A DNA stretch of 64,000 nt from a virus (lineage: Duplodnaviria; Caudoviricetes). The translations under genes were made by a program, and so were the position numbers. Every line of letters starts with the position of its first letter. Position 1 is the first letter of the stretch. Below the pieces are notes generated by a model that was not told the DNA's origin, ran no database searches, and saw nothing but the letters and a program-made list of their open reading frames with translations. The stretch covers positions 62,041 through 126,040 of the IMG/VR virus record IMGVR_UViG_3300032038_007781; one strand, given 5' to 3'. This document shows positions 1 through 9,833 of this stretch, piece after piece.

Positions 1-1
1 A

Positions 2-2257
2 CGTTTTTTGCTTATCTGCTAATGCAGCATAGCCAACATTTTCAAGATAAGTGTAGTCGTTATTTACCATTTTATACAATTCACTTCTTGCAATTGTACT
101 GCCTTTATCAGGGTCTAACAAATAGTTTCTCTTTTTCCATTCATCATATGCCACAGGGTCTATTGAGTTATCATCAAGTCTTTTTGCTCTATCGTTATGT
201 GAATTAACTACAACTTCAATATCATTCAAATATTTACTGAAAATACGTAAACCATAAATGTTAACGTCAGCGTTATTCCAAATTGTGCCATCAGGTGAAG
301 CATTACAACCTAAATAGATTGTATTAGGTATACTTGTCCCGTAAGAGTTGGCCTCTTTAGCAGCATTGATAATACCATTAACATAGATTTTAGCCATACC
401 TGTATTCACGTTCTGGCCATTTTCAACTAATGTTTTGTGTATATATACGAAGTCAACTGTGGTTAATGCATTTTGCTTAATGTTAACTTCCATTTTCTGC
501 TGAATGCCATTAGCAGTAAAATACCAATAAACCTTTTCAAGGTCAATCTTTAAGCCTGACTTAAATTCGTTGTTATTATCGTTTGTGCCCATAAAGAATA
601 TTGTTCTATTATTATATGGGTGATAATCACTCTTGAATGTTACTGATATAGTGAAGCCATCGTTTGACAGCCATTTGCTAATGTCCTCACTTATGCTTAC
701 CGTAGCATAAGCTTCATTTGACAATCTTAAGAAAGAAGAAGAGCCTTTATCAGACATAAAGCCGTTCACTTCACCATTAATGCCATTGACATGCATAGTA
801 ACTTCTGAATTTATTAGATTCTCATCAGTACTACCAGCAGGTAAATAATTTGCAATTGATGATTTAACAGAAGAAGCATCGGAATTAACATTACTGAACT
901 CCTTGTTACCCCAAAAAGCATACATAGTATTGCCAACACTGCTATTAAGGCCTCTAATTGGCACTTGCGTTTTATATTCATTAGTGCTGGAAGCAATTAC
1001 TTTGCAAGCGCCTGTAACAGTTTCAACAATAAGTCCGTCAGCAGACCAACATTTAACCTCAACTAACACTTCATTACCAATAAAGTCGTCGCCTAAGTCA
1101 GTAGTTATTGTTTTGACAGCGCCAATAGTTGTGAAAGGGTTTTTGTTATATTTAATTGCTTCGCCATTCTCATCAACTAAGTCAAAATAACCTGCAACTG
1201 GCTTACTAACACTTCCATTAGACAACTTAATTGCATAGTAAACTGAAGACACATTAGATGTGAAGAACGGAGTGAATCCAAATGATAAGTTACCGCTCGA
1301 ACTAACTTGTTTTTTATTAACTTCATCAAGTTCTTCAAATTCTTCCTTAGTTGGTAAATCACTAAGAGTGATAACAATTTTATCGGAGCCCTGAATCAAT
1401 ACACTAGCATTAATTTCTTCAGCATCAATATGGAGACCACTAGATGTTGTGACCTGACCATTGATAGTAAGGTTATATCTACTACCTACTTTAACTGAAG
1501 CGGTATCAACCAATTTCTCAAAAAAGTTAAACTTAACAGTCTGAGTTGCCGTAGTATTAGAATTAAATGAGCTTACGGCAGAATTATTAGTTGTAGTGTT
1601 CTTGACGTTGATAGTTACCTCAGAATTCAAAATTTTATTAGTAACACTAACAATGATTTCACTGTCGCTACCAATCTTAAATACATTATCTTTTTGTGTA
1701 GATAAGACAATAGAAGTTTCAGTAATATTTAATGTGTATGATTGAATACTCAGACCATTAGGGTCAATTGCATCAATAATAAAAGTGTGAGGAGCTACAG
1801 TTGAGTATTTTTCAATGTCACTAACGTCAACTTTAACTGTTGTATTTACCCTTACTTGTGCATAATTGCTATCTAAAGCATTACCGTCATAAGTACATCT
1901 ATACTGAACATAGTCAGTAGCTGTACCTCCAGTAATTTTAAAATAGACTGTAAAATTCTTTGAATTAACATATAACTGATTATCAGTCATACCTCCGTTA
2001 GTTACTACGATGCCATAGTTACTAGCACTACCCGTGCCATATCCGCCGCCACCACCACCGTGTTCAGCCAGCCAGCTTACATTTCTCTGTAACTTTTCAA
2101 TATCGCCACTAATCTGACTTAATGTGTGATTCAAAGTAACAGGTGTTCCTGACTCAGTATAATTATTGTTTAATACAACAACATCATTATCAGAAGTAGG
2201 AGAAATAACCTCCCACTTACCTGATATGTTGTTATATTTTTTTGCATATATTGCCAT
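2..2257 (-). CDS. large virion structural protein, runs off the left edge; LamG/concanavalin-like segment
   Basis: ATG at 2257 (MAIYAKKYNNISGKWEVISP...SWLAEHGGGGGG). Segments translated by hand near the left edge are in frame and contain KIYVNGIINAA and NIYGLRIFSKYLND (LamG-like). Absent from the ORF track, consistent with no stop in the window. Confidence 0.7.
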   Translation of the reverse strand, partial: MAIYAKKYNNISGKWEVISPTSDNDVVVLNNNYTESGTPVTLNHTLSQISGDIEKLQRNVSWLAEHGGGGGGYGTGSASNYGIVVTNGGMTDNQLYVNSKNFTVYFKITGGTATDYVQYRCTYDGNALDSNYAQVRVNTTVKVDVSDIEKYSTVAPHTFIIDAIDPNGLSIQSYTLNITETSIVLSTQKDNVFKIGSDSEIIVSVTNKILNSEVTINVKNTTTNNSAVSSFNSNTTATQTVKFNFFEKLVDTASVKVGSRYNLTINGQVTTSSGLHIDAEEINASVLIQGSDKIVITLSDLPTKEEFEELDEVNKKQVSSSGNLSFGFTPFFTSNVSSVYYAIKLSNGSVSKPVAGYFDLVDENGEAIKYNKNPFTTIGAVKTITTDLGDDFIGNEVLVEVKCWSADGLIVETVTGACKVIASSTNEYKTQVPIRGLNSSVGNTMYAFWGNKEFSNVNSDASSVKSSIANYLPAGSTDENLINSEVTMHVNGINGEVNGFMSDKGSSSFLRLSNEAYATVSISEDISKWLSNDGFTISVTFKSDYHPYNNRTIFFMGTNDNNNEFKSGLKIDLEKVYWYFTANGIQQKMEVNIKQNALTTVDFVYIHKTLVENGQNVNTGMAKIYVNGIINAAKEANSYGTSIPNTIYLGCNASPDGTIWNNADVNIYGLRIFSKYLNDIEVVVNSHNDRAKRLDDNSIDPVAYDEWKKRNYLLDPDKGSTIARSELYKMVNNDYTYLENVGYAALADKQKT

Positions 2258-2282
2258 AAATTATTGCAATTTGTAAAAAAAA

Positions 2283-5200
2283 TTATTTATTAATTTCTAA
2301 AACCAAACTTAAACTCTCAGAACCATCCTTGAATCCGTTCCTTTCTGAAATTTGGCTTTGATTATTTTTAATTGGCTCACCGTTAATTTGGATGTTATAT
2401 TTACCCTTATTATCGAAGATACCGATAAGCTTTCTTACATTGCCTGTAATCTTGTCATTAGTGATAGACCAAATCGTAAAGAATGGTGCTCTCTGACCAG
2501 TATTAACCACAGTGCCTTCACTTGTAGCGCCAAAGTAACCTCTCAGCCAAGGGATATGTGGAGAAGGTAATTCTTTGTTTGATGTATGTTTATAGCCACT
2601 TGACTGGGACATGGCATAAACAGGTGCAGTAATCTTATTAACAAGTTCAAAGTTACAAATGTGTGCTTCAAGAGCTACTTCACTTTTTATATTTCCGTCT
2701 TGGCCAACCCAAGTGTTAGGATATTTTCTACCACTAAGTTCACCTGAATTAATAGTAGTCAAACTAGTGGCATTATCAAATTCTTTCAATAAAGTACTAT
2801 CAACTTGAATAGTTGGATTCATACTATCATCAGTCTCAATTAATGGGTAACTAATTGCTTGTGTGTGTTTGTGGCCTCCCAGTACAAGACGAATACCATT
2901 GGTTTGACAGAACTTACTAAACCAATAAGCATTACCTGTAGTTGTTACTGTGTTCAAGTGACTACCACCACGTACTGAAGAAGTATTAAATTGATTACCT
3001 TTTTCTTTAGTTGAATCATATCTTGCATTCACAACTGCTTGCGTAATAATAGTAAAAGGCATTTCGTGGCAATAAGCAATTTTCCAAATAGCATTTTTAT
3101 TTTTAGATATATCATTTTCGCACCATTCTTTAACCTTTTCATAAATTTCACCCTTATTGTTAGGTAAGCCATAAACTTGCTTTTCAGTTTCCTCAGTGAT
3201 TTCAGAATTTACGCACATAAAGTGAATGTTACCGTAGTTGAATGAATAAAGAGAAGGTACGTAAACAGTTTTACCACCTACTTCAAATCGTGGAGGATTA
3301 TTAATATCCATCTCATTGCAATAGAAGAAGTCAATATTAACTGCATTCAACTTAGAAGCATCGCCACCATTACCCAACTCATATTCAACTGCAGGGCAAA
3401 GGTCATTGTTACCTACAGTTACCACCTCTTCAATGTCTTTAAGGCTATTCTTAGCATTGTAGTAGTCAATCCATTCATTAGCCCTATTGCCATTTTGAGT
3501 TAAGTCACCTGTGTTAAGCATAAACTGAACATCTGCATGCTTACTCTTAATCCAATCAGCAGTATATCTCCATACTTCATATTCGTCCCAATTGAAACCT
3601 TGTTGGTCACTTGTCTGTACAAAGGTGAAAGTAGAAACGTCATTGTTAGACCTCACAACAAATTTATTAAGACCAATGCAAGCGTGCACGTTAGGTGTAC
3701 CATCATCATTTGCCTTACCTACATAATATTCATACGTACCAGCAGTTAAGCCCCTAACAATCAATTTATGCGTAGTGAATACTTGCCCATTTGTAGCTTC
3801 ATGTTGTTTTCTATAGTAATATTGAGCCAAGTCAGCACTTTCATAACTATTATTAGCGTTATGGTTAGAATCTGTCACTGATTCTAATTTTGTGAAGCTT
3901 GTCTCTCCTTGTTTTCTATAGAACAAATACTCATTTGCATAACCTTCAGAAACCCAGTTAAAGCATCTTGTAGCACCTGAACCGTTATCAGTCGCTTGAA
4001 TACCAAAAGATACGTTAACCATTGTAGGTTTAGTTTCATCAAAAGCAGATTTATTATAGAATAATGTTTTCTTATCAGTAACTGCCCCAGGTACTTCTTT
4101 AAGTTTATATGGAATAACATTGTCTTTTCTTAAATCAATAAAATACCAGTCAGTGGAATTATTACGCTTATTAAGTGCTTTAGTAGCTTGGCTTACTTTA
4201 TCCATACTGTAATACTTTCTCATAATAACATCTGAAAAGTTATTAAAGTCACTTGTTAACTTATAGGCACTCTTCTCATAAACTCCAATATCACCAAAAC
4301 CAACTAAGTCAATATAGCCATATAAAACTTTAATTGGACTGCTACTTCCTTGATATGGGTTAGTTGTAGGTGCATTTTCATCATAACTCAAATAGAAAGC
4401 TCCTTTATCATTTGCGAATGAAATTAACTTATCTCCATCAACCCATTCCATATCGTAATTCCTAACCTTAATTAAAGTTGTGTCAGATTCCATTACTGAA
4501 CACTGAGAGCCCCTAATTGTGAAAGTACTTTCCTTCTTAATTTCTCCCCAAAGAGCGAGTTTATCCCAAACTCTACCATCACTTGAATAGTATAGATATA
4601 ATCCATTCAAATTAATATTACTATCAGTTAAGTTAGACAACTCAACATAGTTGTGTGAGCAATATTTGTAGTCATGCTCGTTAGAATCATTACCTCCACA
4701 GAAGAATGAATTGATATACAATTTAGGTAAAAATAAGTCAGTAACTAAATCGCCTGACTTTCCTTCAGCCTTGCCTGTAGGTGCTGCGATTGGCGTGTCT
4801 AATGAAGCATTGTAAATTTTAAGTTCGCCATCATCAGACATCTTAGCATTGTATTTGTTGCCATTTGTACTGACAAAAGTCATGCTTGATACACCACCAG
4901 ATATTGTCTTAATTTCGTCCATAATTTCTTTGTTATCATTGTCATCTGTATTACCGCTATCGGTATTATTATTGCTAGTTCCGTTAAGGCGAACTAATTT
5001 TCCTTTACTTGTTTTCATATACAAGCCATTGTTAGATTCGCAGAAAATCATTTCGTGAACCAAAATATCACTAATATGTTCTTTAATTTGGTCTTCATTT
5101 TCTGCTGATTTAATCAACAAGTGTTTCAAATTAGGTGTTTGGTATTCTTCATATGAAGGTTTAATTTGACTTGTATATTCGTGGTTGCAAACTGTGTAAC

Positions 5201-6077
5201 ACCACAAATAAGTTGTATTGCTTTCTAAAGCATGTGGTATTTCAGTTGACCACAAATCACTATTTTTTTCAGGTGTTGCACTATCTTCATCTTCAGAAGC
5301 ATAATAATAGTCAGTGATGCTTGAAATTTCAGTAGAACCACTATCAAAAGTAGAAATCAAAGTAGGTTTTACTGTAACATTCTCACCGCCATTAACACTT
5401 AGAACCTTATAGTTCCATAAGTAAGGTTTATCAACGCTGTAGCTGACCTCTTTGTAATTCTCATTCCAGCCATTTTCTTGGTTAATAGTTAAATCAGACG
5501 CAACATTAGAAGATATATAATAGTTAATTACACTTGTAACATTTTTCTTAGCAGTGTAGCTTGCTATTATCTTTGGTGTTGTGCCTGCAATCAAGTCAGG
5601 TATTTGTGCTTGAGCACTGTCCATATCGTTAAGACGTTCACTATTTTCAATAGTGCCACTATCCATTACATGTTCAAAAGCGTATTCATGCTTTTGAACT
5701 AACCTTGTTAATTCTGCAATCGCTGAGTATATACTTCTGATGTCAGTATAAACAGTAGCTTCATCATTAACCAACTTTTCTTTAGCACCATCAGTTACTT
5801 GTGGCTGAAGCCAAAGAACTGTCTTGTCATCAGGCTCAGTTTCTGATTGGACTATTTCGTTTGTTAAAGTAGTGAAAGAACGTGTGTTACCACTAACATA
5901 TGCAGTGGCTAAAAGTGATTTGACATTCCCTTCTTCGTAATAACGAGCAAGAAAAGGTTCACCGTCCTTAATAGCATCATCATTAATCGCAACATCTTTT
6001 AAAAACGTTAAAGCACTTTCTTTATTTTTGAAAATTTTGCTCTTACTGTTTCTGTAAAGTTGTGTTTTAATTGCCAT
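2283..6077 (-). CDS. 1264-aa virion protein with lamin-tail-like domain and purple-acid-phosphatase-type metallophosphoesterase
   Basis: YVELSNLTDSNINLNGLYLYY (LTD-like); metallophosphoesterase motifs SDQQ, GDLTQNG, GNND, HEMPF, GGHKH; YLWNY/YLWCY repeats; upstream ATATTTAT motif. Confidence 0.75.
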   Translation of the reverse strand: MAIKTQLYRNSKSKIFKNKESALTFLKDVAINDDAIKDGEPFLARYYEEGNVKSLLATAYVSGNTRSFTTLTNEIVQSETEPDDKTVLWLQPQVTDGAKEKLVNDEATVYTDIRSIYSAIAELTRLVQKHEYAFEHVMDSGTIENSERLNDMDSAQAQIPDLIAGTTPKIIASYTAKKNVTSVINYYISSNVASDLTINQENGWNENYKEVSYSVDKPYLWNYKVLSVNGGENVTVKPTLISTFDSGSTEISSITDYYYASEDEDSATPEKNSDLWSTEIPHALESNTTYLWCYTVCNHEYTSQIKPSYEEYQTPNLKHLLIKSAENEDQIKEHISDILVHEMIFCESNNGLYMKTSKGKLVRLNGTSNNNTDSGNTDDNDNKEIMDEIKTISGGVSSMTFVSTNGNKYNAKMSDDGELKIYNASLDTPIAAPTGKAEGKSGDLVTDLFLPKLYINSFFCGGNDSNEHDYKYCSHNYVELSNLTDSNINLNGLYLYYSSDGRVWDKLALWGEIKKESTFTIRGSQCSVMESDTTLIKVRNYDMEWVDGDKLISFANDKGAFYLSYDENAPTTNPYQGSSSPIKVLYGYIDLVGFGDIGVYEKSAYKLTSDFNNFSDVIMRKYYSMDKVSQATKALNKRNNSTDWYFIDLRKDNVIPYKLKEVPGAVTDKKTLFYNKSAFDETKPTMVNVSFGIQATDNGSGATRCFNWVSEGYANEYLFYRKQGETSFTKLESVTDSNHNANNSYESADLAQYYYRKQHEATNGQVFTTHKLIVRGLTAGTYEYYVGKANDDGTPNVHACIGLNKFVVRSNNDVSTFTFVQTSDQQGFNWDEYEVWRYTADWIKSKHADVQFMLNTGDLTQNGNRANEWIDYYNAKNSLKDIEEVVTVGNNDLCPAVEYELGNGGDASKLNAVNIDFFYCNEMDINNPPRFEVGGKTVYVPSLYSFNYGNIHFMCVNSEITEETEKQVYGLPNNKGEIYEKVKEWCENDISKNKNAIWKIAYCHEMPFTIITQAVVNARYDSTKEKGNQFNTSSVRGGSHLNTVTTTGNAYWFSKFCQTNGIRLVLGGHKHTQAISYPLIETDDSMNPTIQVDSTLLKEFDNATSLTTINSGELSGRKYPNTWVGQDGNIKSEVALEAHICNFELVNKITAPVYAMSQSSGYKHTSNKELPSPHIPWLRGYFGATSEGTVVNTGQRAPFFTIWSITNDKITGNVRKLIGIFDNKGKYNIQINGEPIKNNQSQISERNGFKDGSESLSLVLEINK

Positions 6078-6140
6078 AATTAATTACTCTTATTTAATAA
6101 TAAATATTATTTAATTCAGATAATTAACCTTGAATAAATA

Positions 6141-6174
6141 AAAAAAGAAGGATTCATTTAAGAACCCTTCTTTT
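6141..6174 (-). terminator. intrinsic terminator, near-duplicate of 7741-7773
   Basis: AAAAAAGAAGGATTCATTTAAGAACCCTTCTTTT, imperfect hairpin with A/T tails. Confidence 0.55.
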
Positions 6175-7684
6175 ATACTATTTTTTTCCATACATATTTA
6201 AATAATCCACAATCATATATTCGATAAGCACCTATTGCATGACACATTTCGCTTTCAGACATAGTAAGTGGCAAACCATATTTTTTATTTAATATTTGTT
6301 TCCTAAAACCAAATTTGTGCATTCTATTAATACCAAATTCTTTAGGGTAGTAATATCTATAGTCAGGAGGTAAAATATCATCTAATTTAAAACCTAATTG
6401 AACATATATATTGTTTTCTTTTCTTAAAGTCCATCTTCTATCTGCAAATGATTTTACATTTAATGGGTTATAAGTTCTTACGAAATATTTAAATAACTTA
6501 CCGCCAACGCCATTACAAATATAATTATTGATGGAAGCAAATCTTGTTAAATTCCATTGTTTTTCTTTTTCTTTTAAAAATGTCATTACACCTACAAGTA
6601 AATTATTATAAAAACAACCAAGATAAATAGTGGAATTAACAAACCCTTGTATATGATTTTTATTAAGAAATATTTCAGCAGACTCTTTATCAATTTCCCT
6701 TATAACACATTTTCTTGCCATTATTTTCGGCAAATCAGTTTCGCATTTTAAAATGTGCTTTATCTTTTGGAGAACTAAATTTTTATTATTAATATATTCA
6801 TCTTCAAATATATTAATAAGAGCAATGCCATGCTCGTTACATTTATTTAATTTATTTAAATGATAAAATTTATCATCTTTATACATTTCAGAATGCCACC
6901 TAATGCCATTATATTCTATTGCTATTTGAAGGGATGGTATGTAAATATCTAATTCAAGTCCTTTTAAAATAATTCTATCATTTTTATGTACGTTTTCTTT
7001 GCCAATAATATTGCAAACGAATTCATATATTTCATTTTCAGCTTGTGACTCTATTTTAGCACATTTAGGACATCCTTGTTTTTGGTTTAAATGTGCATCT
7101 GGTGTCATTAAAAATTCACCATGTTCTTTACCATTACTATCTTTTTCATGGCATATTATACTAACATATTCTTTAGCGCCTTTATATACTGATTTGCTAT
7201 AATCATATTTGTCATTATGAACTAAAAATGACTGCTCTTTAAAAAAGTTAGCATCTTTTGTTAAAGATTTACGTATTTTATCTTTTTTACATTCATTGCA
7301 TCCTTCCCCACACAAATGCTTATTTGGACTTATTAAAAAATCACCATGCAGTGGGCATGTAACAATTACTTTTTCTTTACTTTTTAAATATTCTGTTTTA
7401 GAATAATCATAAAAATCATTATGTATTTCTTTAGCTTTTTCTATAAATGTTTCAGTGGTATATGTTCGTTTTTTAGCTCGTTTAATTACGCCACATTTAG
7501 GGCAACCCCTTCCTTTTAAATGCTTTTCTGGTGTTTGCAAAAATTCACCATGCATTGGACAAATTATAGTTATTGGTTCACTACTTTTATTGAAAATTGC
7601 TTTGGAATAGTCATAAAAATCATTATGAATTTCTTTAGCTTTTTCTATAAAATCTTTAGTACAGGCTATTCTTTTTTTTGACAT
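6173..7684 (-). CDS. homing-endonuclease-like protein: 3 Cys/His zinc repeats + PD-(D/E)xK nuclease + Hef/GNAT-like C-terminus
   Basis: FIEKAKEIHNDFYDYSK...CPxHGEF...GCPKC repeats; ELDIYIPSLQIAIEYNGIRWH; FLNKNHIQG...LTRFAS...SFADRRW. Confidence 0.75.
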   Translation of the reverse strand: MSKKRIACTKDFIEKAKEIHNDFYDYSKAIFNKSSEPITIICPMHGEFLQTPEKHLKGRGCPKCGVIKRAKKRTYTTETFIEKAKEIHNDFYDYSKTEYLKSKEKVIVTCPLHGDFLISPNKHLCGEGCNECKKDKIRKSLTKDANFFKEQSFLVHNDKYDYSKSVYKGAKEYVSIICHEKDSNGKEHGEFLMTPDAHLNQKQGCPKCAKIESQAENEIYEFVCNIIGKENVHKNDRIILKGLELDIYIPSLQIAIEYNGIRWHSEMYKDDKFYHLNKLNKCNEHGIALINIFEDEYINNKNLVLQKIKHILKCETDLPKIMARKCVIREIDKESAEIFLNKNHIQGFVNSTIYLGCFYNNLLVGVMTFLKEKEKQWNLTRFASINNYICNGVGGKLFKYFVRTYNPLNVKSFADRRWTLRKENNIYVQLGFKLDDILPPDYRYYYPKEFGINRMHKFGFRKQILNKKYGLPLTMSESEMCHAIGAYRIYDCGLFKYVWKKIV

Positions 7685-7711
7685 TTATTTTTAAATTAAC
7701 GCATATTTAAA

Positions 7712-7742
7712 CAAATATATAATAAAATAATAAAAAAACAAA
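7712..7742 (-). promoter_or_regulatory. Bacteroidetes-type sigma70 promoter (-33 TTTG / -7 TAnnTTTG)
   Basis: Minus strand TTTG-N19-TATATTTG upstream of 7684. Confidence 0.7.
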
Positions 7743-7800
7743 AAAAGAAGAGCTCAATTAAGAACCCTTCTTTCATATAAAGCATAATCTAAATAGATTA

Positions 7801-9783
7801 TTATCTCAATTCAGAAATATCCCAATGTACAAGACCATCAACACGTACATGACCGTAGTAACGGTTGTTAACCATCTTCTTAGCATAACGAGTCATAATA
7901 CCCTTAACAGGTGCAAAGTTGAATGGGTTGTAGATTGTAGGAGTCAACTGCATTGGTACATATGGTGCATAGATGTAACCTGTATCAAGAAGTGACTTAC
8001 CCTTGTGACCGATAATGATTGACCAATGTGGAGAATATGGGTCACGATATACTTGATAACGACCGTTCAAAGAACCAATCTTTTCGATACCCATATTGTA
8101 CTGGTCTGATTCAGCGCTTGCATCAGAAACGTGGAAGTATTCCAAGTTATCGAACAATGCAGAAATTTCAGAAGAAACTACAATGAAGTTTGCACCACCA
8201 CGTAGTGTAGCTTTATGAATCTGAGCAGAAATCTGATTAATCTTTGTGAACAATTCCTGATTCCAATCTTTCTGAGTGTAGTTAGTTGAGAATGCTGCCA
8301 TACGTCTCCAACCATTTACATCCCAACGAGCCTGCCAAGGTGCACCCTTACGCAAGTCACGAAGAATTTCACGGTCAATTTCAGCTGCAATCTGTTCAGA
8401 AAGAATAGCTGTCAATTCAGCTTCAGCATCAATGTTGTGGAATGCACTAACATCCTGAGCCAATTCAGGTGACCAAGTAGCACGTAGTTTTCTTTCTTCT
8501 ACTGATACAGTTACTGAATCAAGTTTGAAAGAAACTTCACCAATTTCAGTTTCCAATTCAAGTGAATCATACTGAGCCCAAGCTACTTTAAACATTGAAG
8601 CGTCTGCTATTGCTGATGGATTAACACCAACATAACCATCAATTGTACCTGCTTGCTGAACTACTGGTTTAGCCAAATCAAGTTCGATGTACATATAGCC
8701 TTCAGCATCGCAAGCTGAACCATATTCTACAATACCTTTACCATATTTCTGTGTAGCAACACGGAAAGGAACTGATTCATATTTCTTGAAAGAAGCAGTA
8801 GTAACACCACTTGCACCCTCAACTTCACCAGCTGCAATAGCCTGTGTAGTGATAACTTTCAAAGAAGCTAAGAAACCTTCAGTGTCCATTTCGTTGCCAT
8901 CAGGACCTGTCAATTTAGAAGCGTTGAAGCTTGAGAAGCCACCAACTTTAAGAATTACGTTACGAACAGTACCATCGAAACCGTTAACCTGTACAGAATC
9001 ACCGTCTACGAAATCTTCCATACCACGTGGAGTAAGTTTAGCAAGTTTAGCTTCACCAACCTTGATAGTTACCTTACCCTTAGAGTTATCATACAAGAAA
9101 TCGTTGTAGAACAAGTCATACAAGCTCTTTTCGAAATACTGAGTAACTTCAGGACCTGCCTGACGCAATGCAGTTACACCAAGGCCTTCAGCCTTAGCTG
9201 CTTCCAATGCTGCTTCGTAAGTAGTAGCATCTTCTGGTGTCTGATTCAACTGAGGAACATACCACTTTTCCTTATCCAAATCTTTGATAGTTTCATCAGG
9301 AAGATAGTAACGTGGTTCAACACGACCTTCCTTGTTACGGTTTGTACGGTCATAACCCATCAAACCTTTGTGACGACCTGTAGTGCCATCTACGATGTCA
9401 CCATCAGTTGCAGCTGATGCACCAGCAGCAGGAACTTCCCATTCTCTTTCACTTGTTACAGGAAGAATGAAGAACAATTTACCTACTGGCAAGTTCATAG
9501 CCTGAACTGAAACGATATCATTAGCAAGCAACTTGCTGAATACCCTACGGATAATAGGGAAAACTACAGTTTCAAATGAACCAGAGTTATCAGAAGCAGT
9601 GGCCTCATAAATCAAGTGCTTTGCTTCGTTTTCATACAACGTAGCGACATTTTCTTTAATTGTACCATCAAGACCTTCAGTAAAACCTAACTGGTCCCAA
9701 CGATTCTGGATGTCTTCACGTATTTTCTTTTGTGCGTTCAATTCGATATTACCAACTTGACCGCTAGTTAAAAATTCTCTCAT
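7801..9783 (-). CDS. major capsid protein, T4 gp23-like
   Basis: IIRRVFSKLLANDIVSVQAMNLPVG; RKLRATWSPELAQDVSAFHNIDAEAELTAILSEQIAAEIDREI; GYIYAPYVP; GIMTRY. Confidence 0.95.
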   Translation of the reverse strand: MREFLTSGQVGNIELNAQKKIREDIQNRWDQLGFTEGLDGTIKENVATLYENEAKHLIYEATASDNSGSFETVVFPIIRRVFSKLLANDIVSVQAMNLPVGKLFFILPVTSEREWEVPAAGASAATDGDIVDGTTGRHKGLMGYDRTNRNKEGRVEPRYYLPDETIKDLDKEKWYVPQLNQTPEDATTYEAALEAAKAEGLGVTALRQAGPEVTQYFEKSLYDLFYNDFLYDNSKGKVTIKVGEAKLAKLTPRGMEDFVDGDSVQVNGFDGTVRNVILKVGGFSSFNASKLTGPDGNEMDTEGFLASLKVITTQAIAAGEVEGASGVTTASFKKYESVPFRVATQKYGKGIVEYGSACDAEGYMYIELDLAKPVVQQAGTIDGYVGVNPSAIADASMFKVAWAQYDSLELETEIGEVSFKLDSVTVSVEERKLRATWSPELAQDVSAFHNIDAEAELTAILSEQIAAEIDREILRDLRKGAPWQARWDVNGWRRMAAFSTNYTQKDWNQELFTKINQISAQIHKATLRGGANFIVVSSEISALFDNLEYFHVSDASAESDQYNMGIEKIGSLNGRYQVYRDPYSPHWSIIIGHKGKSLLDTGYIYAPYVPMQLTPTIYNPFNFAPVKGIMTRYAKKMVNNRYYGHVRVDGLVHWDISELR

Positions 9784-9833
9784 TTATAAAAAGATTTTTA
9801 TTAATAAAAATTTTAATTTATTTTTTTTTTTAA

